From the NCBI RefSeq assembly GCF_000315625.1, contig NW_005434598.1, forward strand, positions 230,942-294,941: a stretch of DNA of 64,000 bases. The letters are read 5' to 3'. Shown piece after piece: positions 25,401-36,400 of this stretch. This stretch comes from Guillardia theta CCMP2712 (lineage: Eukaryota > Protista > Cryptophyta). The notes under the pieces are model-generated. The model made no database searches, was not told where the DNA came from, and worked only from the letters and a program-made list of their open reading frames with translations. The position numbers were made by a program, and so were the translations under genes. Numbering within the stretch: position 1 is the first letter of the stretch; the number at the start of each line of letters is the position of its first letter.

Positions 25401-26208
25401 CAGCTTCAGCCTGCAAGATTTTGGACACAATGTCATCAGTCTTAGTGACTGACGCATATAGCGGAAAGATCTCATTGCAGTAGCATTCTTGCTCAGCCTG
25501 CGTCCTCCCGCACGTGCAGTCCTCAAGCTGATGCACGCGGAAACCAAGCCCATGTGCAGCGCGTCCCGTGGAATCTATGCAAACGCTCGTGACGGCTCCA
25601 CAAAGAACAACATCCGTCACTCGCTCTCGCTTGAGAAGCTCCTCTAGACAAGTTCCTGCAAACGCGTTCAGCCCTCGCTTCCCCGGGATCTGGATGATTC
25701 TGTCGCCGAACTGCGTGATCTCTGGGATGGTCTCGCTGCCTTTGTCTCCCATCTTGAAGGCCTGCACGTCCTTGATGACCTTGAGGATCCCGCTCGGCTC
25801 AAGGAGCTCGCTGTAGTCCTTGGTGAAGATGATCGGAGTCTCGATGAAGAGCACGCTTGTGTCCTTGAGGCTGTTGATGATCTTGAGGGTGTTCCTTAGC
25901 ACAGAGTCCGAGGATGCTTGGATGACCCCATGCAGCTTGCCATCCCTTCCGAAGTAATCTTTCTGGTATCCTATCAGCACAACGGCTGTGCGTGAAAACA
26001 GCGGCTGAGAACCAACCATGCTGTACGCTTTCTGCAAAAGAAGATCAGAACAAGGAAAACTAAAGCAACCTAACACACAACTGCAGACAACAATGACTGC
26101 AACTAGTTTCACTGCATCCAAACAAATTGTTCTGCGATGGATTATTGTATCACAATGAAAAAGAAGAGTCAGACCATTGCTCTCTAAATCTGTTTTATAC
26201 TTTGCCAT
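22478..26208 (-). CDS. Fusion protein: 2x isochorismatase-like cysteine hydrolase + coiled coil + 2x TIR (TIR_2-like) + class III guanylate cyclase; start uncertain
   Basis: Hydrolase motifs TAVVLIGYQKDY, PGKRGLNAFAGT, LCGAVTSVCIDSTGRAA occur twice, joined in frame by a 41-nt GT-AG intron (25355-25395). TIR1: TFLCH..VFLESD..VLVLLSESVLFRAGILCEL..IPILSV. TIR2: FVVLLTDNTLTNPQ..KPVIPV. Cyclase: TIFFSDIVSFT, KVETIGDAYM, IRVGFHSG, RYCLFGDTVNTASRMES, last exon AGRIHCS..IKGKGDMETFWVE*. Confidence 0.88.
24755..26057. repeat. Direct tandem duplication, 677-bp period (isochorismatase exon plus its 3' splice site)
   Basis: ~24810-25380 matches ~25487-26057 with one mismatch seen. The ORF track shows identical shadow ORFs at 24891 and 25568. 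Confidence 0.95.
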
Positions 26209-27439
26209 TCATTTCTCTTCCTTGTCTATCTGTTCACCCCTCAAACCCTCTTCGACCATTCGCCTTTGCACTTCGTATGCCTTCTACTGTCTTCACTTCG
26301 TTTCCTCTCCTCTCTCCCTCTCATCTGCTATCGCTCGTCCTTTCCTTCTCTTGCTCATTAAACTCTCCTCGCTTCCTCCCTCCTCTCGATCCCCATCCCT
26401 GCTCTCCCTCCTCCTCACGGCCTACAGCAACATGGCGAGCGCCGTGAGGTTGGACTGTTTCGAAGGTTTTCACGGAAAGGTGGTACTATCCACTGGTCTT
26501 AGCTGAAACCAAAGAGTAAAATACTACAGATTTACTCTTATTGAGTAAACTTTAGTATTATATATTTTAGGTACTTGTGGATACTTTGTGGGTGTTTTCA
26601 AAACTTTTATCCCTAAATGTATATGCCCCCATGACCTGAACCTCACGCAGACGTCATTCTTTGTAGATGGCTACCAAAATCTATGCTAATTTCGGGATAC
26701 ATATCGAAATAAGTGCAATTGATTCGAAATTTCCTTTGTAAGTGGTAGTAAAATAGTTCATATTTTCAAGTTTAAGGGTCAGATCACCTGAAAAGGAAGG
26801 GGTTAATCGACAAGACTCGCCAACTTGCGTTGGAAAGCACGGGGCAGCGGAGATTCTATCTGAAAAAAAGGGATGAGGGAAAATGTGGTCTTTTCGTTTT
26901 AGGCTTGACCTTCTTGCAGACCGGGTTCCGACCCTTTCCACTACCCCTGCCAAATCATGAACCCATCAAGCATGCCCAGATGATACCCCCCCAATAGACT
27001 AATAAATCACCGGTATATCCTACACCCCACCCCAGGATGAGGAAACTTACTATACACCACCCAGCCTGTATCAGGCTTTACCTTGTAACTATGTCCCTGT
27101 AACCCTACCCCCTTTGTACCCAGACACAATGACCCTACCAACTCTTTTTGAGATGATGGTGACATACCCCCCCTTGTCCTCTTCAAAATCAGGTCGATAC
27201 AACAGGTTCACAGCACAACATCTGCACCCCCACCCCCCCTTGTTGTACAACCACCCTACTGGAAGATTACCTGTAACATGTGAGTGAAGCAGATGACGGT
27301 ACATTGTAGCATAATGTGTGCTGGGATGGTACCTTTGACAGTACTGTGATTTTAGTCATATATCTTATAATCTTATATAACGCTCTCACGGCACACCCTT
27401 TGAGTCACCACAGGAACTTGCTTGACGGTTAGACGGTTA

Positions 27440-28550
27440 TTCAAACCTCAAGCCCTCTCCAATAGAGGCAGAGTTGCGCTGGGGGTCTGGTCTGCTGGGA
27501 GGAAGCGACTCCGAGGCTCCATGCAGGCCTCTCAGGGCACACGGCCTTGCATACTCCCCCGCCTGTACCGTCTGACTCATTCACCTCAAACTTGCTCTTG
27601 TGCGACGTCGGACCATCTCCTCCCGCCCTCCCTCCTGCCTTCGCCGGCGGGCTCCTCAGCGCCTCCTCGAGCCTCCTCGCTGTCGCCGTCTGCTGTAGAG
27701 CCGATAGAGCGCTCTCCGCCATACCCTGTAACCCCGAAAGAGGATTCGCCGCTCTCGGAGTCCCGCCGGGGATGCACTCGGAGGCTCCGCCGTGACGGCC
27801 TTGCACTCGAGCTCCCAGTATCTTGCGACTCTGACCTGGTCGTCGTCGTACGAGCCTGGGCTCAAGTTGTCAGGGCCTGATTGCGGCACGAGGGCCGACG
27901 CGTCCGATCGACGCGGCCGACTCGGAGCAATGCGGCTGTTGACGGTTGAGAATCGGACTGTATTCCTTTGAGTCTCGAGGGTCTGAAAGAGCTTCATGAG
28001 ATCAGAGCTGATGTCGTCGGGGACAAAAGTCCAGCTTGTCGTTTGCTGAACACTAGCTGGTGGATCAGCCGTGGGATTGCTGATTTGTGATTTGATGTCG
28101 ATGTTGCCTCTGTCTCGTTTGATGGCCGGGTCGTAGGGCTGGAGATGCTTGACGGGCTGGGGGATCTTTGACAGGCTGCTTTCTCACCACGGCCTCAAGC
28201 TCTGAGATCCTTCTTGTCGCTTCTTCCAACCTCTGCTTGAGTAGCGAGTCATCATGACCCTCCTCGGGCTTCGGCTTCGGACGACAGAGAAGCTGGGGAA
28301 GCAACTCATATCCCTTTCTCAGCCCAGGCCCGGAGAAACCTGCTACAGGAGCTTACATCAGCCGGCTTCAGATATCCCAGGCTCTACTGGTGACCTTCGA
28401 GAGTCCGACTCACTGCACTCTGAGGCCGCGGCTCAGCGGCACACAGTGCACCCGTGTGATGATACCGTACTCTTCCTCCCTTTTGGACATGCGGGTATAG
28501 TCCAGCAACTGAGCGATAGTGCACTTAGGAGTAGAACAGATGAGGAATGA
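27440..28550 (-). pseudogene. Possible decayed coding region or mobile-element relic
   Basis: Protein-like fragments in shifting frames (LGYLKPADVSSCSRFLRAWAEKGYELLPQLLCRP..LKQRLEEATRRISELEAVV; WTFVPDDISSDLMKLFQTLE) without clear introns; no family recognised. Confidence 0.3.
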
Positions 28551-29260
28551 AGCTAGATTTGTTGATGTACAGCAGTAAGAGAACACACGTCAATGTTCGT
28601 GCAGTCCCACTCTGACGACGTGGCCAACGTCTAAGATGGGTTATATGTCGAGGTCAGGCTTAACTCGTAATACACCATGAGTAAATGAAACATGTGTATC
28701 GGTTTATACCAGCCTCATGCTTTCATCATACCATTTATACATCTCGCCAGCGTACGTAGCCTCTTGCGACTACTCGCATGATGCTGCCATGTCCGTTACC
28801 GTAGTACTGACGTAACGTCATCATGTGCAGGTGCAACATCACCTTTTTCTTATGTCTGCCGGAGAGTCTATTCCGAGGCTCAGCCTGCCACAGTGGCCCG
28901 GGTTCAAGTGATCGGATCATGATCAGACCTAGTATTCAGTGAATCATACTGACTTAAATTAGGCTCTCTCTTGCTGCACTGCCGAAGTGCCATACCTTAT
29001 GAACTTCGGAAGGCGGAGTCAGTCTCTTTCGATGATTCCGAGACCGCCGTGGCACTGACCGCAACAGTGCTCTGCTCAGCGGCTGGGCGGCCCTGGGCCA
29101 GCTAACGGTTCAACCTCGCCCATGCCGTCATGCGCCGCGCCGCCGGGCGGGGGGCTCCGCAGGCCTCCGAGTCAACAATCGGACTGTCACTGTGAACTGC
29201 AACAAGTTGCGGCAGCATCAGTGCCTGAGGAGGGCAAGAAATTCTGCCCTTTCTGCTATC

Positions 29261-29296
29261 TTTACTCAAAGTTAAGTTAAAAATCAGTAGGAGGAC
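29261..29296 (-). repeat. Conserved 36-bp intergenic junction motif, copy A
   Basis: Reverse complement reads GTCCTCCTACTGATTTTTAACTTAACTTTGAGTAAA; matches copies B and C. Confidence 0.85.
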
Positions 29297-30345
29297 GCTC
29301 CGACCTCTGCGATGATAACCCCTTCAAGTACAGTGGGGAAAAGAGGGTGGGTGATCTACCCCACCTGTCCCTGTGCCTCAAAATCACCCCCTTGGAACAC
29401 ATATCAACCCCGCCGTTGTGAGTTCTTCTTGATCACCCCATCTTTTTTCAAGGAAAACTACCGGTACTGGATTCAAATCTACCCACCCCGGCTGGTCTCT
29501 GAGTCCGCGCCGTTATCACCCCTACCACACATACGACATCTTGAGGCCTTTCACTACCCCAAGAATGATAGGGAACAGTATGGGTACTTCGAGTTTCCAT
29601 AGGTACCCCCACCCCTTCTTGTTGAAGCCGCAGACAATCAGCAATCAATGGCTGCCGACTCATTGCAGCGCTTGACGGCATGAGGGAAGTGAAGAGAGAA
29701 ATTGAGAATGTCGTCGAGAGTGCGAAACGAATACCAGAAAGACCAGGGTATGCTGAATGGTTAACTTACGTGAATGAAAGAGGATGGAACAAGAGCGGAA
29801 CTAGGCAGGAAATGAGACACGAATACTTGTCGTGGTAGTGATGCTGCTAATTAGGTGAGAAGAAACGTACAGGATAAGAGGGAGGATAGGAACACTGCAG
29901 AGCAGTTAGAAACATATTAGAGATTTAGCGAGGAGGTTTGAAATTGGCAGTGATGAAGCACTTTCATGTGGTTGCGTTTGTCGATTGGAACAAACCATCA
30001 TTTCAGATTGTTTTGGTTTGCGATGATTGTATTGGGATGAGAACCTGCTCTTGACTCAACTGTATATTATGACAAATAATGCCTTGAGGAGTCAATGCAC
30101 TACAATCATGTTTTTAAGACCTGGATGCGAAGCCCATATCCTGCACTGAATACGAGTTCATTTTTTTTTTTTGAAACCGTTGAACTGAACATTTGCAAGT
30201 CAACACTACATACTGCTACAAAACTGAGCATAACATGACGCTTGCTCACAGGATCAGCTTGTGAGTGAGGAAGAAACAGGTCGCCGGCTCAGCTCGGCGC
30301 GTATCGTCAGTCAAGCTGGATCCTTACGCTCCCGTGTCCGCGGGA

Positions 30346-30858
30346 ATGTGGACTTATCCACCTGGGTACCCTCCACCTCCTGCAGGATGGCCTTATCCAG
30401 CTCAAATGCATGGCTATCCTCCCTATCCAGTTCCTTATCCCATGATGGTTGGTGGATATCCAGCTCCCCCGCAACCAGGGCGGCCAGGGAAGATGCCTGA
30501 AGTTCCTACAAAAGGTCGTAGAAGGAGGAAAAAGATCGCGCAGGTATTGTATATCTGCTCAGTAAGTATCAGGCTCTAAGAGGTTTTTATCTAGGGTGGA
30601 CCAAAGAAACCAGCAACGTCGTTCGTCATGTTTTCTAACGCTCACAGAGAGGAGGTGAAGGCTGCCAACCCTGGCCTCTCGTTCATCGACGTGGGGAAGA
30701 AGCTTGGCGAGATGTGGAGGGAGATGGATCCCACTGTGAGGAAGGAGTGGGAGGATAGGGCCACAGCGGCCAAGGACGAGTATCTGGAAGCGAAGAAGAT
30801 CTGGCTTGCTCAACGAGCTGCTGGAATGGCTGCAGGTGCAGAGAATCTTGAAGACTAG
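30346..30858 (+). CDS. HMG-box protein (NHP6/HMGB-like box) with Pro/Tyr/Met-rich N-terminus; intron 30544-30594
   Basis: PKKPATSFVMFSNAHREEVKAANPGLSFIDVGKKLGEMWREMDPTVRKEWEDRA; GT-AG intron joins in frame; start codon inferred. Confidence 0.9.
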
Positions 30859-31092
30859 AAGGCGACTAAAGAGGATTTTGACGAAATCTCTACTGATATG
30901 TAACTCTGGAAGATTCCAAGGACTAATGTAATCGTAATTGAATACTTCAATTGATCAATTGCTTTATGATATAAAACACTAATGTGTTGTTGACTGGTTG
31001 CTTGAATCAGATAACTGATATTGCAATTTACACACAAATTTGTGATGTGAATGAATAGTTTCAAATGTACAGAAATGTATATCAGAGGCACT

Positions 31093-31642
31093 TCAGTCTC
31101 CATAAAGTCCACTCTGAACAGAACGATGCTCGAGCCAGATCTTCTTCGCTTCCAGATACTCGTCCTTGGCCGCTGTGGCCCTATCCTCCCACTCCTTCCT
31201 CACAGTGGGATCCATCTCCCTCCACATCTCGCCGAGCTTCTTCCCCACGTCGATGAACGAGAGGCCAGGGTTGGCAGCCTTCACCTCCTCTCTGTGAGCG
31301 TTAGAAAACATGACGAACGACGTTGCTGGTTTCTTTGGGGCTCCCTGGGAAAGCAACTTAGTCTCGTTTCGATGTTCAGTAGATGTGAAAAAATACCTCA
31401 GCTTTCGCTTGTTTGTTTTTCCTTCTTCTCTTTGTTTTCCCGCCTGGCATTTCTTTTCCAGCTGGCAGCATGGGAATGGGTGGAGGCATCATGGGCGCAT
31501 AATATGGGTAAGGAGCAAAATGCGGTGGCTGCATTCCTGGGTAAGCATACATCATAGCTTGAGGAGGGAGCCCCATAGGTGGTTGGTGCGGTGCACCAGG
31601 ATGTCCAGGCCAGGCCCACATGAATGGAATGTGATGAGACAA
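31093..31642 (-). CDS. HMG-box protein, convergent paralogue; intron 31345-31396
   Basis: Same HMG box, with a different Pro/Met-rich exon 1 (MSHHIPFMWAWPGH..KTKRRRKNKQAKAE). Confidence 0.9.
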
Positions 31643-32511
31643 TCAAAATAATAGAAGATTCGCTCTATTCTGCCCGGCGTTCAAACCCAGGAGGAAGCGA
31701 GAAGCGATGGGCGGAGGGCAGATATGTTGAGCTGGCAGTGGGTTCGATCAAAAGTAGGAAGTTGTCAAACAATAGCCCACGATTGGGAATAGGCTCTCGA
31801 GCTGGTAAGAGAATCTCCTACCACGCGATGTAGCTCGATTCCAATAACTCAGTTTCAAATTTCCCCAGCCACAGTTAGAGCAAACCAAGTAGGCAGATCA
31901 AGTTCCCTCGACCCAGAAAGAGGAGAAGAGAACGGGTCGGAACAGAGAGCACACGAGAACAAGTGAGTGTGGGAGGGGGGAGGAAGGGGCAGGAAGGGGG
32001 AGGCAGACAGTAGCACAGGTAGCAAGCGCACGTTCAGAGCACAAGTTTGGCACAGGGTCCGCTGGAGAAGGAAGCCAGAGGGGTACTGTTGGGAAGCGGG
32101 TGACCGACATAGGTAGGGTACTAGTTTATGACCCGTGTAAATGACATGAAACAAGGGGGTATAGATCCCAAGAGGTGTTCAGAAGTAGGGGTACTTTCTA
32201 TTCAAATGGGGTGTGGAAAGCGATAAAGTGCAGGGATATTTTTTCAAGTAGGGTACCCCTTAAAAGGGTGGTGGTGAAGAAGTACCCCTGATATACCCCT
32301 GCCCAACCCTGTTTATAAAGGGAATTCATGGGGTGATAGCAACTTGTTCGATCTGCAGAATGGGGGTAGGGGGTGGGGGTGGTATTTGGGGTACTGCAGT
32401 TCAGAAGGGAGTATTAAATTATCAGGACCGGTGGGGTGTAAGTTTCTATTTAGATCTTTTTCTTAAGGGTGGGGGTCATTACCGTACCCCAGGGAGGCAG
32501 GATGTCAGGTT

Positions 32512-32547
32512 GTCCTCGTACTGATTTTTAACTTAATTTTGAGTAAA
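32512..32547 (+). repeat. Conserved 36-bp intergenic junction motif, copy B
   Basis: GTCCTCGTACTGATTTTTAACTTAATTTTGAGTAAA. Confidence 0.85.
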
Positions 32548-33499
32548 AGTCAGGTGCCCGGGCCAGTCACGGTCAGGGCCCGGCTACCGCGGACGCGGGG
32601 TGGCCGCGGCACTGCCGCTGTGCGGCCCGGCCCGGCCCGCCGGGCACGCGGCAGCCGGCAGCGGCCCCCCCGGGGGGCCATCCCGGCGGCGGAGTCCTGG
32701 GCCAGTGCAGTGTAGCGCGGCGGCTGCGCCGCTCGCACCGGGCCGGGCTGTCACTGTGTCGGACGGTCCCGGCGATCATGTGATGCGGCCGCCGGGATCG
32801 GACTCTGAGGCCCGGCCCCCGGTCCCATCATCGGATTCCACTGAAGTCACAGTGCCGCCGCGCTGGCTCCGACGAACTTCCGGGGGGTTACTAGAATCAG
32901 GCCTCGGTGCCTCCGGGGAGCCGTCCGAGGGCCGTCAGTGACTTCAAGTTCGGGGACCGGACTTGAGGTCGCCTGAGGCTGCCGCAGGCTAGTGCCGGGG
33001 GTGCTATACGGCACTCGCGGTACCCTACCATAGCACGAGAGCGGAATACAGAGGTGGGTGGGGGGTGGGGGTGATATTATTTCGTTTCTTTTAGAGGAGC
33101 CAGGGGTAGGTCCTGTGTTACTCTAAAAGACTGAGTACCGGTCTTTTTGTATGAATCTTGGTATCAAAGGGGGTGGGGTATGTGATCCCATTCAGCGGAG
33201 GCATCCGCGGTCTAATGTTAGGGGATGGAAGGGACGAGACACAAGCCATGATGGTTGGAGGACAGAGGAGAGGAAGGGAGCTGCTTGCTTCTTGCTTGTG
33301 AGGGGAGGGGGATGGAGAAGGGGGAGAAGGATTGACGGCTGGCACTTGGAGTGAGAGAGGGGAGGAGAGCGGGGGGGAGGGGAGGGGATAGATACAGGGA
33401 GACTCAGGGAGACAAGGAGAGCTGTGCGTAAAGCGCTACAAATACTTTGATATCTGAGGTGTACTAATGACTTGTGTTGAATCCTAATCGCCTGTTTCT

Positions 33500-36400
33500 T
33501 AGAGGCATCGTGTGCGAATACTCCATGGCAACGTCTTCAAAATTTTCTCTTCATGGGAAATTTTCGCGTTCGATGGATGTATCTCCCACGCCCTCACCAG
33601 GTATTCCAGAATGAACTGTATACATTCATGTGCGGTTGACATTGGGCCTCAGTCGCAACCCCGAGGAATGGAGCATCTCCCCTTTCTCACAATCAGACGC
33701 TAGATCACGAGGTTTCGTTCCATCGGTATGTTACGTGTCTGCCTCTCGCAGCAACAAGGCTGAGGTGTTGTGCTAGCTACTTTTCCATGGGAGCGCATGG
33801 CCTCGCTAGAAGTTTTTCCAACATGTCAAAGTGAGACACGACAGGATGGTGATCCATTGGTTCATGGTGATTTGAACCTCTCAGATGGCAAGAGTCCTTC
33901 GTCTCCATGTGGCTCGCTTCACTGATCCTGCACGTCCATCCTAAGAAGCAGGTGCCAGAGCGTTGCGTGTGCTCACTGCCTGCCACTCACTTGCTCCTCC
34001 CTTGTCCTGTCTTCCTCGTGCCTTCCTCACCTCATCCTCCTCCTGCTTCCTGCTGACAGTCTGTTGTTTGTTGGCTTGTCGTGATCTCCACCTTGATCAT
34101 TCTGATCCATTTGGTTTCACAACAGCCCAGAGCCATCGGATTCCTGATTGCGCGACATGTTCGGGCTGTTGCTCATGTTGTGTTGAAAGCATTGGTTGAT
34201 AATGCAAGATATCAACGGGAGAAGAGCCATGCTCATGCAAAAGCAAAGAGACACTTTGTTCAGCAGACCAGTAATGATCCGTTGACTCACAATGATCGGC
34301 TGACTCTGTGACAAGGTGTTGTTTTCTTCGAAAACTGGATGTCCAAATACAGGACAATGCGGTGATGCGGAATCGGCTCAGGACAGCCGTTTGTCGCTGG
34401 CTTCGAGAAGAGCTGCAGACCATCTACGGAGCTTGGAAGGATCAGTGCTTGTTCACGCGGTTGGTAAACGAGCTCCTGTCTCTCCGTCTGACCTGTGCTG
34501 CCAACAGTCACTTGGCGTTGGCGTATGATCGCGTGGAGGTGAAAGCGAAGGATTCCAGCATGAGAGGCGCCATGAAGGACTGGATGAGATTTGTCGAGAT
34601 GCAGGAGATGAAGAGAAAGACCATCACAAGAATCGTGCAAAGGGGGCAGGTGAATCTCGCCAGTTCCAGCTCGACGTGCGATGACGTCATGCCGAATATC
34701 AGGAACGACGGGAACTGAAAGTGCTCAACCTCTGGTTTCAAGTGACCGGGTCATTAGCAATCCTCAACCATCTCACAAAGCAAGGAAGAAACCGACATCT
34801 CCATGCAGTCAAGAGCTGGGGATTCCAGGTGAGCACCTCACAGACCACACCCGCTGAAAGATGCGTGATGTGTTTGAACAGAGTTGGCAAGCGATTCGAC
34901 AGAAAGCTCTCAAGGCCATCGCTATGATGGACCGTTCAAACTCCAAATGGAATAGAGAGTTAGTGAGCTATGTGCTCAGAGAGTGGGCCGAGTCCATTCG
35001 GTATGCGAGTGTGTTGAGTTTGCGGTGGTCGTTTGATCGCCTTTGGCAGGTCCAAGAAACTTCGCAAGAGCCGATCGTTGTTTTTGATTCACAAGCAGGT
35101 CTCACTTGTAGTGATCTCCGACCCTCCTGACTCTCCACCAGAACTTTGCAGTCAAGAAGAAAGCGATTGTCTTCTGGAGCCAAGAATCACACGCCAAGAA
35201 AAGATTGAACATGATACACATTATCATCCGATGGAAAGCTGGAAGGACGCTTGTGAAACAGATCTTCAAGGTTTGAATCAGCTGCTTCCCAAAGCTTCGT
35301 CTGATTGGTTTGTGCGTCAGCGATTAAGAAGCAATGCTGATGAAGAAAGAGAGAGATTTTCAAGGTACAGGAAAATCGTTGCTAGACAAGTGGTACAGGA
35401 CCAGAAATCTGCCTTCAGGAATTGGCAATTGCACTACAATGACCTGAAGGTCTGCGCTTTCCTTGCAAGTGAATTTCGCTCACCTTGACATAGCATCTAA
35501 ACCTCATGCATGACCGCATCCAATCCAAAACTTCTCGCAACACCTACAAAGAATTTCTTCATCTGTGGACCTTCGTCGTCAACAAAACGTCAAAACTCAT
35601 CAAGTTGCATTCCAAATTATCTTCGAAGAACAAGTATAGGCTTTTAACTGAATTCCTTCGAGAATGGAATGCACAGGTGCGAGCACTGACGCATGTTTCG
35701 ATCAAACTGAGAGTTAGCAGGCGGTGCTGTCATCGACCAACCGCAATTTATCTCTTGCAAGCTTTCAAAAGGGGCGATTCTTTGGTTCCAAGTCACGTGA
35801 ACGAGCTTTCAACGCCTGGACAAGCTTGCTGGCATACTTGCGAAGAACCTCTTCGTACACGTGGAGAGTGCTGAGGTATCGAGTGCAGTCAAGGGCTTTC
35901 CAGCAATGGTCGCTTACGGCTAAAGTCCTTCACTTTCAAATCTTGAGCTACAACAGGATGATTCAAAGACGCAATGTAACTTCTCCCTCCCTCCCTCACT
36001 CCCTCGCTNNNNNNNNNNNNNNNNNNNNNNNNNNNNNNNNNNNNNNNNNNNNNNNNNNNNNNNNNNNNNNNNNNNNNNNNNNNNNNNNNNNNNNNNNNNN
36101 NNNNNNNNCCTCTCTCTCCTCCTTCTCTCCTCCTTCCTTCCTCCTCCTCTCCTCCTACCTACCTCCTACCTCCTCCCTCCCTCCCTCCCTCCCTCCCTCC
36201 CTCCATTCCTCCTCAACAAAGGCATCGCTTCAGACTGACACTTTGTCATAGAACGCAATGGTGAGCCAGGTGTTCGATGACTGGGTGCAGTCGCACAGTC
36301 ACAACGTGGTCCGGGCCAACAAGCTAATGGGCCTGATGAGCCGGTGGGATCAGCGAACGTTGTTCCATGCCTTCCAAGCCTGTGGCGCTTTCACAGGATG

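Noticed and set aside
22478-26208. Bacterial contamination or a Thoeris/Pycsar-type operon
   Set aside because: Single fused gene with spliceosomal introns among eukaryotic genes; the similarity to defence systems is only by domain analogy
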